Assembly: GCF_004010195.1 (NCBI RefSeq)
Contig: NC_057754.1
Span: 4,341,681 to 4,405,680 of the forward strand
DNA length: 64,000 bases
Origin: Chiloscyllium plagiosum
Taxonomy: Eukaryota
Reading direction: 5' to 3'
The position numbers and the translations under genes were made by a program. Positions 11,836-25,645 of the stretch are shown here, one piece after another (the first letter of the stretch is position 1; each line of letters starts with the position of its first letter). Under the pieces are notes generated by a model that worked only from the letters and a program-made list of their open reading frames with translations, was not told the origin of the DNA and made no database searches.

Positions 11836-12450
11836 CATAAGACATAGGAGCAAAAAGTAGGCCATTCGGCCCATTGAGTCTGCTCCGTCATTTCATCATG
11901 ACTGACAAGTTTCTCAACTGCCGTCTCTCTGCAACCTTTGATCCCCTTGACAATCGAGAACCTATCGGTTTCTGTATTTAAAATACTCCACAGCCTTTTA
12001 TGGCAATGAATTTCATAGATTCACCATTTTCTGGCTGAAAAGGCTTCTCCTCATTTCTGTTCTAAAGGGTCTTCCCTTTACTCTAAGACTGTGCCCTCGG
12101 GCCCTAGTCTCTCCTACCAATGGAAACATCTTCCCAATGTCCGCTCTGTCCAGGCCATTCAGCGTTCTGTAAATTTCAATTAGATCCCCCCTCATCCTTC
12201 TAAACTCCATCGAATATAGACCCAGAGTCTGCAAACGTTCCTCACATGTTAAGATTTTCATTCCTGGGATCATTCTCATGAACTTTTTCTGGACTCGCTC
12301 TTGAGCCAATAAATCCTTCCTGATGTGTGGGCCCAAAATTGCTCACAGTACTCTGAATGTGGTCTGACCAGAGCCTTTTAAAGCCTCAGAAGTACATCCC
12401 TGCCTTTATATTCTAGTCCTCTCGAAATAAATGCCAACTTTGTATTTGAT
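11836..12450 (-). mobile_element. CR1-clade LINE 3' fragment (second family)
   Basis: ERVQKKFMRMIPGMK..EERL..LGLYSMEFRRMRGDLIEIY in ORF 12013-12336. Confidence 0.88.
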
Positions 12451-12451
12451 T

Positions 12452-12737
12452 AGAAACAGGCCATTTAGCCCAATCAGTCCACAACAGCCTTCTGAAGAGT
12501 AACACCCCCCCCTACATTTACCCCAATTAATGGACCTAACACTGGGGGACAATTTAGCATGGCCAATTCACCTGATCTGCACATCTTTGAACTGTGGGAG
12601 GAAACCGGAGCGCTTGGATGAAACCCACGCAGTCACAGGGAGAATGCGCAAACTCCATACAGACAGTGGCCCAAGGCGGGAATCGAACCCGGGTCACTGG
12701 CACTGTGAGGCTGTGGTGCTAACCATTGTGCTGCCCC
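12452..12737 (-). mobile_element. HE1-type V-SINE
   Basis: Reverse complement of head, V-core and tail. Confidence 0.82.
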
Positions 12738-13289
12738 TGACTATCAACCCGACCTGCAAGTTTACCTGAAGAGAAACCTGGACTAGGGCTCCCAAGTTCC
12801 TTTGCACTTCAGATTTCTGAATTTCCTCCCCAGTTAGAAAATAGTCTGAGTGCTGACCTTGCCGGTAACACCTATATCCCGTGAAAGAACAATAAACCTT
12901 TAATCCATCTCACAATAACTGATTGCTGAATGCTAACCAACACTTCTAAATTTGCAACCACATAATTATCAGCTTTCATAGATGTTGAGTGCAACACACA
13001 CCATCAGCACCAATCTTGACTCCTCAAATATGTCAACGCCTGTACAACCTTTTTAAAAATTCGCCTATGGCACTTGGGTGTAACCAGCAAGGCTAGAATT
13101 TAGTGCCCATCCCTAATTGCCCTTGAGAAGATGGTGGTGAGCCACCTTATTGACAAGTGGTAATCGGTGTGGTGAAGATACACCCACTGTACTATTACAG
13201 AGGGAGTTCGAGGAACAACAGGGAGTCAAAACTTCCAAGTCAAGGTGGTGTTTGAGCTGGAAGGGAACCTACAGGTCCCCCATGTGCCC

Positions 13290-13945
13290 CACTAGTCAAT
13301 CCCCCATTATCCTGGGGGGTTACCATTGGCCAGAAACTGAACTGGACTAGCCACTGTGGCGACAACAGTAAGTCAGAAGCTGGGAATCCAGCAGCAAGTA
13401 ACTCATCTCCTGACTCCCCAAAGCCTGTCCACCACCCATAAGGACCAGGGGCATGGAATATCCCTCACTTGCCCTGGATGAGTGCAGCCCCAACAACACT
13501 CAAAATCATTCACGATAAAGCAGCTCCTGCTTGATTGGCACCACGTTCACAAGCATCCATTCCCTCCACCACCGATGCTCAGTGGCAGCAATGTGTATTA
13601 TTTTACAAGATGCACTGTGGAAATTCACCAAAGATCCTTAGAATGCACCTTTAGACCCACAACCACTTTCATCTAGAAGGAGAAGGGTAGCAGATACAAG
13701 GGTAACACCACCCCCTGTAAGTTTCCCTCCGAGCCACTCGTCATCCTGACTCGGAAATATATCATCCATTCTTTCACTGTCGCAGGGTCAAAATCTTGGA
13801 ATTCCTTCCCTAAGGACATTGTAGGTCAACCCACAGCTGATGGACTGCAGCAATTCAAAAAGGCACCACCTTCTCAAGGGGCAACTAGGGACAAGCAATA
13901 AGTGCTGGGCCCAGCCAGCGATGCCCACATCCCATGAGCAAATAA
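13290..13945 (+). mobile_element. L2/CR1-like LINE 3' fragment
   Basis: aagatgcactg..., ggaattccttccctaa (WNSLP-type motif) and tail gggcaactaggga..caataagtgctgg; same family at about 20040-20500 and 50057-50570. Confidence 0.65.
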
Positions 13946-14096
13946 AGAAAATACAAACAGATAAACAGATGAAGCTTTATCTTGGATAGGTACGGCTTGA
14001 AGTTCAACTCATCCAGGCAAGTGGAGGCCACTCCATCGTACTCCTGACTTGTGCCAGGGGCGCAGATGAACTTCTGAGAGTCTGTGTGAACTTTTT

Positions 14097-15285
14097 GAAT
14101 TGAATTGAATTGAATCGAATTGATTGTCATATGTACCGAGGCATAGTGAAAAGCTTTGTCTTGCGAGCAATATAGGCAGATCACAGAATTAAATAGCATA
14201 GGTAAGTAAATGATAGGTAAACAGCAGCAAAAACAAAAACTCAGGTACAGGCAAATGCTAAGAGCTTGTGAGTCCATTCAGTATTCTAACAACAGTAGGG
14301 TAGAAACTATTACGAAACCGGCTGGTGCTTGTGTTCAGGCTTATCCCCGATAGTAGAGGTTGTAGAAAAATATTGCCGGGTGGGATGGATCTTTGAGAAT
14401 GCTGGCTGCCTTTCCTTGACAGTGGGCCTGGTAGATGGATTCTATAGAGAGGACATTGACCCTTGTGATTGTCCGGGCCGAGTTCACCACTCTCTGTAAC
14501 CGTCTCTGATCTTGAATGGTACAGTTGCCTTACCAGGTAGAGATACATCCAGACAGAATGCTCTCGATGGCACACCTATAAAAGTTGGCAAGGGTATTCG
14601 CCATCATGCCAAATTTTCTCAGCTCCCTGAGAAAGAAGAGACGTTGTTGGGCCTTTGTAACCAGTGCGTCCACATGAAGAGTCCAAGAAAGCTCTTGACC
14701 ACTCCCAAGAGCTTGACACTCTCCACTCGTTCCACCTCTGTGCTGTTAATGTGTAGGGGGGCATGAGTAACATCCCGCTGAAAGTCAATAATGAGTTCCT
14801 TAGTTTTGCTGGCATTGAGAGCTAGGTTGTTCTCAGTGCACCATTTTTCCAGGTTTTCCATCTCCCATCTGTAGTCTGTTTTGTCACCATCTGAGATTCG
14901 ACCGACTATGGTGGTGTCATCAGCAAACTTGTAAATGGCATTAGTCTGGTATTTGGCAACGCAGTTATAGGTATACAGTGAGTACAGTAAGGGGGTTGAG
15001 TACGTAACCCTGGGGGGCTACAATGTTGAGTGTTAATGACAATGAAATATTGTCCCCAATCTTCACTGATTGTGGCCTGTGGGTCAGGAAACTGAGGATC
15101 CAGTTGCAGAGAGTGGGGCTTAGTCCGAGATCACTAAGTTTAGTAATCAGTCTCGAGGGGATAATAGTGTTGAAGGCTGAACTGTAGTCAAGGAGTAGGA
15201 TTCTTACATAGCTGTTCTCAGTGTCAAGATGTACTAGGGAGGAGTGAAGGGCAAGTGATATGGCATCTGACATGGATCTGTTAGT
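14097..15285 (-). mobile_element. Rex1/Babar-clade LINE, 5'-truncated, frameshifted RT
   Basis: [15 protein letters not shown]...[18 protein letters not shown]...APQGYVL, KFADDTT, WCTENNLALNASKTKELIIDF; 3' tail (TTCAA)n. Confidence 0.9.
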
Positions 15286-15481
15286 CAGTGCTGTTTGGTT
15301 TAGGAACCAGGCCTCATAGCATTCCCTTAAAGCAAATCTGTATAATTGAGAGACAACATGCAAACTATGGTCTGGAGTAAGCCACTCAGCTCCGAAGGTC
15401 TGATCTACCATTCAAAATGAGCATAGCTGATCTCACCTTAGCCTCAATGGCACATACCTGCCCTCTCTCCCTAACCCTTAC

Positions 15482-15841
15482 ATAGAATCCCTACACTGTG
15501 GGAAGCAGGGTACTCAGTCCATTGAGTAAACACCAATCCTCCAAAGAGCATCCCAAACTGCTCTACCCCATAACCCTATGGCTAATCCACCTATCCTGCA
15601 CATCCCCTGGACACTGTGGGCAATTTAGCACAGGCAATCCACCCTATCCTGCACATCCCTGGACACTGTGGGCAATTTAGCACAGGCAATCCACCCTATC
15701 CTGCACATCATTGGAGGAAACACACATGGACACAGAGAGAAAATGCAAACTCTACACAGACAGTCTCCCAAAGGTGGAATTGAACCTGGATCCTAGGTGC
15801 TGTGAGGCAGTGGTGCTAACCACTGAGCCACCATGCTGCCC
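15482..15841 (-). mobile_element. HE1-type V-SINE
   Basis: Head at the right end, duplicated 53-bp unit. Confidence 0.82.
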
Positions 15842-16127
15842 TAAATCCCTCACTAATTGAAAATCTATCTCCTCTTCAAATTCAGTCAGCGTCCCCATGT
15901 CCACCTCACTCTGGAGGGGTGTGTGTGAATTCCACATTTTCATCCCCCTTTGAGAGAAGTCATTCTTCCTCAGATTTGTTTTAAATCTGCTGGTCCCTTA
16001 TCCCGAAACGATGACCTCTCATTCTCGATTTCCCCCACACAAGGCAAAATCCTTTCTACCTCTACTTTGCCAACCCCTCTTTAGCAACTTGGATACCTCC
16101 ATTAGATCTCCTCTCGTTCTTCTGAAT

Positions 16128-16942
16128 AGAGTCATACAGCACGGAAACAGACCCTTCGGTCCAACCAGTCCATGCTGACCATAATCCCAAACTAAACTAG
16201 TCCCACCTGCCTGCTCCTGGCTCATATCTCTCCAAACCTTTCTTATTTGGGTAGCACAGTGGCTCAGTGGTTAGCACTGCTTCCTTACAGCACTAGGGTC
16301 CCAGGTTTGATTCCAGCCTCAGGTGATTGTCTCTGTGGAGTGTGCTTGTTCTCCCCGTGTCTGTGCGGGTTTGCTCCGGTTTCCTCCCATAGTCCAAAGA
16401 TGTGCAAGTTAGGGTGAATTGGCCGTGCTAAATTGTCCCATTGTGTTCAGGGATGTGTAGATTAGGTGCGTTAGACAGGGGTAAATATAGGGTAGGGGGA
16501 ATGGGTTGGGTGGGTTACTTTTCGGAGGGTCAGTATGGATTTGTTGGACTGAAGGGCCTGCTTCTACATTATGGGGATTCTATGCTTCTTGCACTTATCC
16601 AAATGTCCTCTGAACATTGTCACTGCACCCGCATCCACTACTTATTCAGCAAGTTCTTTCCACACGTGAACCATCCCTCATGTTTTTTTTAAATCTCTCC
16701 CCTCTCACCTTAAAAATGTGCAACTTAGTCTCGAACTCCCACATCCAAGAGAAAAGACAACGACCATTAACTCTATCTGTTCCCCTCATGATTTTATAAA
16801 CTTCTGTAAGGTCACCTCTCAACCTCCTACACTCTAGTGAGAGAAGTCCCAGCCTTTCTTTATAACTCAACCCTTCCATTCCTGGCAACATCCTGGCAAA
16901 TCTCTTCTGAACCCTCTCCAGCTTAACCATACCCTTCCTACA
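16128..16942 (-). mobile_element. HER1/CR1 3' fragment interrupted by HE1 SINE (+, about 16249-16583)
   Basis: KLERVQKRFARMLPGMEGLSYKERLG..RGDLTEVYKIMRG. Confidence 0.88.
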
Positions 16943-17580
16943 ACACAAACGACTATAGGTCTAAGCTACTCGATTTGTACTTACAAACCCCTCACCTCTG
17001 GCAACTATCTAGTGAACCTCCTCTGAACTGCTCTCCAGTGAGAGAGAGAACTTACGCCCCATCAGTCCATTCTTGAAGTGTTAGCACAAACTTCGCCTAA
17101 GGACTCTACTCCGTCCAAACCAGCACACGATGGCAGTCTGTCTAAATATTCTCACTGTATCCTGGGACCTGTATTTACACTCGCAAATTAAACACAGTTC
17201 CTACACGGACAGGAGCTATTTCTGATTCTGTGAGCACAGCACTCTTCAGGATTTAGTTTCCTGTTTTCTTTTACATGGATATATAAACGTTCTGTTTACT
17301 CCTGCTGTGTACTTTCCCTCGCTGTTTGTATGTCGTTTGGGTCAAGTAAATTGCACACACTAAAGGCTTCCTGTCTTCGTAGGGTTTTTATGGCTCACCC
17401 ACGCAAACAGCTCCTTGGAAAACAGATAAACATCGGAGTTCTTTGGTTACGCCAGGGATTTTCCACAAGATGCTTGACCGTGCTCCGGGCAGTTCAGCAG
17501 GAATAATCGACTCCAAAGTGCGGGACCAGAGGTGCTCGTTTTCTGAAAGGTTAGGGCCACTTTCTGATGAGCCGCAAGTA

Positions 17581-17885
17581 GGGTGACATGGTGGCTCAGT
17601 GGTTAGCACCGCTGCCTCCCGGTGCCAGAGACCTGGTTTCGATTCCACCCTCAGGTGACTTTCTGCCCACATCTGTGCAGATTCCCTCCAGGTGGTCCTG
17701 TTTCCTCCCACATTCCAAAGATGTGCACTTAGGGTGGATTGGCCATGCTATAGTGTCCAGGGATGTGTGGGTTTATCATGAGAAATGCTGGATTACAGGG
17801 TTTGGGCTCGGGTGGTATGCTCTTTGGAGGGTCAGTGTTCACTCAATGGGCTGAAGGGCCTTCGCTCACACTCTAGGGGTTATAT
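17581..17885 (+). mobile_element. HE1-type V-SINE
   Basis: Head, V-core and tail present. Confidence 0.8.
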
Positions 17886-18189
17886 GGAGAGACTTTCACT
17901 CAAAAGTGTGAAATCTTCTGCCTAACAGCTGTGTGTTATCAGGAACATCTGAGATGGTAGGAGTAGGCCATCAACCCATTGAATCTTGATCTGATAACTC
18001 CATTTTCCCCCATAACTGATTCATTGAGTTAAAATGAGTCTATTCAGCCCATCCCCCTTGCGCTGCTCCTACTTGGGGCTTTGAAGTCCAGACACACTGC
18101 ACCTGTTTTCAAATCCCTGTCAAAACCATATTATACTCCCTGCCACTTTTGCTGCCCAGTAGATTCAGGAATGATGTCAAAGATTGGAG

Positions 18190-18960
18190 AGACCACATTT
18201 GGAGTACTGCATGCAGTTCTGGTTGTCCGACTACAGAAAGAGTGCAGGAAATATTTACTAGGATGTCACCTGGTGCCGTCAGGATTCAGTTATAAAGAGA
18301 GGCTGGGACTCTTTGCCCTGGAGCATAGGGGACTGAGGGGGTGACCTTACAGAGGTCCATGAAATCATGAGAGGCATAGTTAAGGTAGACAACAGACAGC
18401 TTTTCCCAATGGTAGGGGAGTCCAAAACTAGACAGCACAGGTTTCAGTTGAGAGGGGAGAGCTACAAAAGGGTCCAGAGGGGTAATTTATTTCACACAGA
18501 GGGTGGTGAGTGTCAGGCTGCTAGAGGTAGTGGTGGAGGTGAGAACAATTTTATCATTTAAGAAACATTTGGACAGGTACATGGATGGGATAAGTATGGA
18601 GGGATATGGATCAAAGGCAGGCAATTGAGACTAGTTTAAATTGTAAAAACTGGGTGTCGTGGGCAAGTCGAACTGAAGGACCTGTTTCCGTGCTGTAAAC
18701 CTCTGTGATTGGAGAGATATATATCAAAATAACTTGCATACTGCATCTTTCACTACAATAGGACACTAAAGAGATTCACCCCCTGCCTCGACGCTCCAGG
18801 GAAAATAGCCCCAGCCTATTCAGCCTCTCCCTATAGCTCAAACCCTTCAAGCCTGGCAACATCTTTGCAAATCTTTTCTGCACCCTTTCAAGTTTCACAA
18901 CATCCTTCTGATCACAGGGAGGCCAGTATTGAACGCAACATTTCAAAGATGGTCCAACAT
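18190..18960. mobile_element. Two HER1/CR1 fragments (+ about 18190-18710; - about 18777-18960)
   Basis: SYKERLGLFALEHRGLRG and KLERVQKRFAKMLPGL remnants. Confidence 0.85.
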
Positions 18961-19117
18961 CTGTGGGAAGAAAGCAGATTCCAGGGACTTTCCATCTAAA
19001 GATCTTATTGCTTGAAAGATCATGACAGGAGAAAGGTTCAATGTCACAGTTTAAGCAAGTAACATTCCAAACAAGGAATACTGACATCGAGTCAAGCATG
19101 AGTGAGTAAAGTGTAAA

Positions 19118-19255
19118 TGAAAAGCGAAAGAACTGCAGATGCTGTCAATCAGAAACGAAAACAGAAATTTCTGGAAAAGCTCAGCAGGTCTGGCAGTATC
19201 TGTGGAGAGACATCAGAGATAACATTTCAGGTCAAGTGAATCTTCCTCAGAACTG
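19118..19255 (-). mobile_element. PLE terminus with degenerate hammerhead (19221-19250)
   Basis: Reverse complement ctgaggaagattcacttgacctgaaatgtt followed by cagacctgctgagcttttccag; same family as the 30165 element. Confidence 0.6.
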
Positions 19256-19443
19256 GAAATTGTAAATTAATCAGACTCAACTGCCCATGAGATAAAGTTC
19301 ACTGCACTCCCTCCACCCCATGCACATGTGTCCAACAAGAAGAGGGTTTATGCGGCTACAGGTAGGACTATCACGAGCTCTGGCCTACAGTATAAAGCTG
19401 TCCACAATCCTGCATAAAACACTATTTTTAAGATGTACCATTA

Positions 19444-20030
19444 TAGAGTCATAGAGTCATACAGCATGGAAACAGGCTCTTCAATCCAACCAGTCCATGC
19501 CGAACATAACCCCAAACTAAACTAGTCCTTCCTGCCTGCTCCTGGCCCATATCCCTCCAAACTTTTCCTATTCACGTACTTATCCAAATGTCTTTTAAAC
19601 ATTGTAATTGTACCCACATCCACTGCTTCCTCTGGAAATTCATTCCACACGTAAACCACTCTGTGTAAAAAATGTGCCCCTCATGTCTTTTTTAAATCTT
19701 TCTCCTCTCACCTTAAAAATGTGCCCTCCAGTCTTGAAATCTCCCATCATCGTGAAACGATATCTGCCATTAACTCTATCTATACCCCTCATTATTTTAT
19801 AAACTTCAATAAGGTCACCTCTCAACCTCGTACGCTCCAGTGAAAAAAGTCCCAGCCTATCCTCATAACTCAAACCTTCAACATAACCCAGCAACATCCT
19901 GGTAAATCTCTTCTGAACCCTCTCTGCTTAATAATATCCTTCCTATAACAGGGAGACCAGAACTGGACATAGCACTCTAGAAGAGGCCTCAGCAATGTCC
20001 TGTACAACCTCAACGTGACTTCCCAAGTCC
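19444..20030 (-). mobile_element. HER1/CR1 3' fragment
   Basis: GLSYEDRLGLFSLERTRLRGDLIEVYKIMRG; (ctctatga)n tail. Confidence 0.9.
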
Positions 20031-21404
20031 CGAGACTGGACTAGGCATATAAACACTGTGGATGTGAAACAGGTCAGAGGTTGGAGATTCCACAGGGAGT
20101 AACTCACCTCCTCACCCACCTCAGCCCGTTCAGAGCTTGACACCACCACCTTCAACACTCACGGCACACCCATAGGAGTAGCTGTAAGGATCATCCAGAA
20201 GATGCACTGCAACAATTCACCAAGGCTCCTTCCAAAACCCTGACCATTGCTGTTTAGAGAGACAGGGGCAGCAGATCCACAGAAACACTGTCCCCTGCAG
20301 GTTCCTCTCTGAACCACTCATCAGCCTCATTTGGAACTTTATTGGTTTTCCTTCGCTGTATTTGGGACAAACCCCTGAAACTCCCTCCTGACAACATCAT
20401 AGGTGCCCTACACCTGCAGAGCTGAAGGAAAGCAGCTCACAACCAACTCATCAGGGGCAATTAGAAATGAGCAGTAATTATCGGCCTATCCAGCTACAAC
20501 CACATCCTATTGATTCCTCTACCCCCAACTAGTGATTTATTTGATGGTGACAGTATTAAGAGAGCTTTACATTCAGATTAAAAGAGTAGAGGGAGCTATA
20601 CACTGTATCTAATCCTGTGCGTCCCATGTCCTGGGAGTGTTTGATGGGGACAGTGTAGAGGAAGCTTTACTTTTACATTACTTCCTGTTTAAAAGAGTAG
20701 ATGGAGCTTAACTCTGTTTCCAATCTGAAATGAACTGTCAGAGGCAGTGGTAGAGGCAGATACATTTACAACATTTAAAAGACATTTGGACAGTTACATG
20801 AATAAGAAAGAGTTAGGGAGATATGGGCCAAACTCAAGCAAATGGGGTTAGCTTAGTTTGGGAAAGCTGATCAACATGGACTAGTCGGGCCGAAGGGTCT
20901 GTTTCCGTGCTCTATAATGAATCTATAATGCTCTGGGTGTTTGGTTCTTGGGAAGAGACATTTCTTGTGCCTTCTCTACATCATCTTGCCAAGCAAACAG
21001 TTGTAGAGAGTGAGATATCTTTATGAGTGAGAGCTTTATGCAAAAAGAAATGTTACACATGTCCTTTTCAACTTCAGTCTCAAATTGGTCAAGTTAAACA
21101 CTTCGCAACTGAATGAACTGCAAAATTCTGAATTTCCCTCTTTTCTTCAAAGTCTTACACTCCACAAGCACCATCTACTGTTTTTGAACCCTTGTTACTT
21201 CTCTCCTATTTCACCCAACACTGGAAATAATCTGAGTTACTTCCCTGAGTTTTGAACTTGGCTTCCTTAAATTTGTTATCAAGAAACCATGAACTATTTG
21301 CCTGGTTTAGGTAAGTCTCTGAGATCCCCGGATGTTTTACCAGTAAAAATCTGCATTTATTTAATGCCTCTAATGCATAAAAAAATCTTATGACACTTAG
21401 GAGA

Positions 21405-21735
21405 CCATGGTGACTCAGTGGTTAGCACTGCTGCCTCCCAGCGCCAGGGACCTGGTTTCGATGCATCCTTGGGCAACTGTCTGTGGGGAGTTTAGCATGT
21501 TCTCCCCGTGTCTGCGTGGGTTTCCTCCAGGTGCTCCGGTCTCCTCCCACATGTGCAGATTAGGGTGGATTGGCCGTGCCAAATGGCCACACAGTGTTCA
21601 GGGGATGTGCAGGCTAGGTGGGTTAGCCACCGGAAACACAGGGTTACAGGGATTAGGTGGGATTGTCTTTGGAGAGTTGGTGTGGCTCCATTGGGCTAAA
21701 TGGCCTGCTTCTACACTGTCGGGATTCTGTGATTC
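21405..21735 (+). mobile_element. HE1-type V-SINE
   Basis: Head, V-core and tail present. Confidence 0.85.
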
Positions 21736-21821
21736 TTCAAAAGTGACACTGACCTACGATGAAAACATAAGAACAGCTATCCCCAGATCTAAATTGTTCA
21801 GAGAAGTCAGCGACTTTAAGT

Positions 21822-22080
21822 AGAACAGAGTTGAGGAGAAACTTCTTCACCCAGAGTGTGGTGGATATATGGAATGCTCTGCCCCAGAAGGCAGTGGAGG
21901 CCAAGTCTCTGGATACTTTCAAGAAAGAGTTAGATAGAGCTCTTAAGGATAGTGGAATCAAGGGTTATGGGGATGAGGCAGGAACAGGGTACTGATTATG
22001 GATGATCAGCCACGATCATAATGAATGGTGGTGCTGGCTCGAGGGGCCGAACGGCCTACTCCTGCACCTATTGTCTATTG
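21822..22080 (+). mobile_element. CR1-clade LINE 3' end (second family)
   Basis: ttcttcacccagagtgtggtggatatatggaatgctctgccc ... gggccgaacggcctactcctgcacctattgtctattg. Confidence 0.85.
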
Positions 22081-22464
22081 AAAGGTTGGAGAGATTTAAT
22101 GAGGGAAGTCGCAAGATTACTGCCAAGGTACGGCTACCAATGGCGAAGTGATGGAAAGTGAGGGCATACTCGAGGCCGGAGGTGCGGGAATGCAGGGATC
22201 TTGAAAGGTCATAGGTGTCGGAGTAGGAAATATTTGAAATGAAGTTTGAGAAACACAGCACTTTCTCTTCGCCCATCCTCATCCTGTCAGTGAGTTACAA
22301 TAGGACAGACCACTGCGGGAAAGCTGAAAGGTTGACATGGTTAACTCAACCCCCTTCTTATCGCATTTGATTTAAAATCTATATCCACGAGACAGTAGCT
22401 AACTACATCTCAATAGTAATGGTGCCCACCAAGGACAAGACATATATTTAAAAGGTAGAGTTTA

Positions 22465-23346
22465 TAGAACAAAGGGATCCAGGAGTATTGGTTCAAAGCT
22501 CCTTGAGAGTGAAGTCACAGCTAGACAGGGTGGTGAAGAAGGCTTTCAACATGTCAGCTTTCACCACTCAGAGCACTGAGTTGGGACGCCTTGTTGCAGC
22601 TATACAAGACATTGGTGAGGCCACATCTGGAATACTGCCTGTAGTTCTGATCGCCCTACTAGAAAGCATACTGTGGTGCTGGAAAAACACAGCGGGTCAG
22701 GCAGCATCCAAGAAGCAGGAATATTCACGTTTCAGGCATGTGCCCTGATGAAGGACCTATGCCCGAAACGTCAATTCTCCTGCTCCTCGGATGCTGCCTG
22801 GCCTGCTGTACTTTTCCAGCACCACACTCTCGACTCTGATCTCCAGTATCTGCAGTCCTCACTTTTTCCTAGAAAGGATGCTGTTAAACATCAAAATAGT
22901 GCAGAAAGGATTTACTAGGATGCTACCTGCACTAGAAGATTTGAGTTGTAAGGAGAGGTTGGTATGTTTTTCCCGAGAGTTTAGGAGATTGTGGGGGTGA
23001 TCTTATAGAGTTCTATAAAATCATGAGAGGCATAGAGAAGGTAACTAGAGGACACAGGCTTTAGGTGAAAGGGGAGAGACATAAAAGGGTCCCGGCGGGG
23101 AGGTGGGGGGCAATTATTTTCACACAGAGGGTGATGAGTGTCTGGAACTGGGCTGCCAGAGGTAGTGGTGGAGACGAGTACAATTTAGTCATTTAAGGAT
23201 CATTTGGACACGCGCATAGATGGAATAGGTATGGACTGATGTGGACCAAACACAGGGCAAATAGGACTAGATTATTGTGAAAATTGGGCTGCACGGACAA
23301 GTTGGGCCGAAGGGTCTGTTTTCATGTTGTAAACCTCTATGACTAT
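22465..23346 (+). mobile_element. HER1/CR1 3' fragment with nested PLE-type insertion
   Basis: VQSSLRVKSQLDRVVKKAF ... VQKGFTRMLP; tail ctctatgactat. Confidence 0.87.
22672..22868. mobile_element. Fold-back PLE-terminus insertion with hammerhead core (22745-22772, +) and 8-bp TSD
   Basis: gtggtgctggaaaa..caggcagcatcc mirrored by ggatgctgcctg..ttttccagcaccac; ctgatgaaggacctatgcccgaaacgtc; ctagaaag at 22659-22666 and 22869-22876. Confidence 0.78.
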
Positions 23347-23949
23347 AGAGAAAATAAATGAGAACCATAGAAATTATCCAGCAGCAAAGGAGGCCATTCG
23401 GTCTATCTTATCCATGCTGACCCAGCAACAGGCTGATGCCCTTTCTAATCCCTGCCTGATGGAAGAGGTTGGGAAGAGGGCATTACCGGGGTCTTTAATG
23501 ATGTCTCCACAGCAATGAGAAATGTAAATGGACGGGAGGTTGACTTCCATGATGGTCCAGGTTGTGCACACAACCATCTGTAGTTCCTTACGGTCCTGGG
23601 CACAGCAGTTGCTGTATCAGGTCATTATGTAGCTGGACAGTATGCTTTCAGTATGCATCTGTAAGGGGTCTGTACACAGTCTGTACTCTGCCCATTATGG
23701 ACAACTCCTGGAACATGTCACTTGATTTGATCAATCACTGGGACGTCCGGCTTACGACAAGCTGTCCCATGCCACTGTTATGCAGTAGCTATTAGAGTGA
23801 TATTTACATTAACAAGCTACTGTCATTATTTCAACGCTCACCCATCACACAACTGAGCCACGTTGCATGTAAACTTCACAGCCAGCGCTATATCAACTGT
23901 ATGTCTCAATGATTGGTCTGATCAAATCAAAGATATTAAGATACACAGG

Positions 23950-24388
23950 ACCCAGAAGAGATTTACCAGGATGTTGTTGGGTATGGAAGGTTTGAGTTAT
24001 AAGGAAAAGCTGGGACCTTTTTTACTGAAGCTTATAGATGTTTATAAAACAATGAGGTGTATAGATAGAGTTAATGTTAGGTGCCTTTTCCCTAGAGTGG
24101 TGAATTTCAAGATTATTTTTAAGGTGAGAGGAGAGAGATTAAAAAAGACATGAGGGACAATTTTTTTCCGGAGAGGGTGGTTCACGTGTGGAATGGACTT
24201 TCTGAGGAAGTGGAGGATGTAGGTACAGTTACAATGTTTAAAAGACATTTGGATAAGTAAACGAATAGGAAAGGCTTGGAGGGATATGGGCCAGGAGCAG
24301 GCAGGTGGGACTAGTTTAGTTTGGGATTAAGATCGGCATGGACTGGTTGGACCGAAGGATCTGTTTCCGTGCTGTAGGACTCTATGAC
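23950..24388 (+). mobile_element. HER1/CR1 3' fragment
   Basis: QKRFTRMLLGMEGLSYKEKLG..; typical tail. Confidence 0.88.
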
Positions 24389-24734
24389 ATTAACTACACA
24401 GTTGCTGTGTCAATGTAGTTGGTCCTCACTCAGCTGACTCTATGTATTTCAATCAGGGACAGGAAGCCTCTAAATAGCCGCACACATGAAGAATGTATTC
24501 TTCTGATTTGATTTATTATTGTCACATACGCAGAGATACAGTGAGAAGTATTGTTTGTATACCATCCAGGCAAATCGTACCTTATGTAAGTACATGAGGG
24601 TAATATAAAAGAATGTAGAACATAGTGTTGCAATGACAGAGAAGGTGCAGATAAAGGTCAACTTTAATACAAGTGAGGTCAGTTCATAAGTCTTATTCTC
24701 ATCAATCATTCCTGTTCTCCCCTATTAACAAGTC

Positions 24735-25645
24735 TCAATGGATCAAGCCCTTTCCCATTCACTCCCATCCAACACAATCCCAATGGACCAAACCCCTTCC
24801 CTTTCACTCCCATCGTACACAATCCCAATGGATCAAACCCTTTCCTATTCACCCCATTGTACACAATCCCAATGGATCAAACACTTTCCCATTCACTCCC
24901 ATTGTACGCAATCCCAATGGACCAAACCCTTTTCCATTCACACCCATTGTACACAATTCCAAAGGATCAAACTCTTTCCCATTCAATCCCATTGTACGCA
25001 ATCCCAATGGACCAAACCCTTTCCCATTCACTCTCATTGTAAAAACCCAAAGTGGACCCAAATCCCTTCCCATTCACTCCCACTGTACACAACCACAATA
25101 GACCCAAATCCCTTCCCATTCACTCCCACTGTACACAACCACAATGGACCCAAATCCCTTCCCATTCACTCCCACTGTACACAACCACAATGGACCCAAA
25201 TCCCTTCCCATTCACTCCCACTGTACACAACCACAGTGGACCCAAATCCCTTCCCATTCACTCCCACTGTACACAACCACAATGGACCCAAATCCCTTCC
25301 CATTCACTCCCACTGTACACGACCACAGTGGACCCAAATCCCTTCCCTGTTCACGCCCATTGTACACAACCACAATGGACCAAACACTTCCCTGTTCACT
25401 CCCATTGTACAGAATCCCAATGGCCCAAACACTTTCTCATTCACTCTCATTGCACATAATCCCAATGAACCAACCCCTTCCCATTCACTCCCATTGGCCA
25501 CAATCCAATGGACCAAACATCTTCCCATTCACTCCCCTTGTACACAAATCCCATGGATCAAACACCTTCCCATTTGCTCCTATTGCACACAATCTCAACA
25601 GACCAAACACCTTTCCATTCAACTCCATTGTACACAATCACAATA
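24735..25645. repeat. 46-bp minisatellite, about 20 units
   Basis: Unit GGACCCAAATCCCTTCCCATTCACTCCCACTGTACACAACCACAAT; homogeneous at about 25054-25345, diverged at the edges. Confidence 0.95.

Noticed and set aside
14097..15411. Active reverse transcriptase gene
   Set aside because: 5'-truncated and frameshifted Rex1/Babar remnant lacking the endonuclease and N-terminal RT.
17056..17168. Minus-strand exon ending at a GTAAGT donor (17055)
   Set aside because: Weak acceptor, and a stop appears in the phase needed to continue LTBP exon 1; no EGF-like cysteine pattern.
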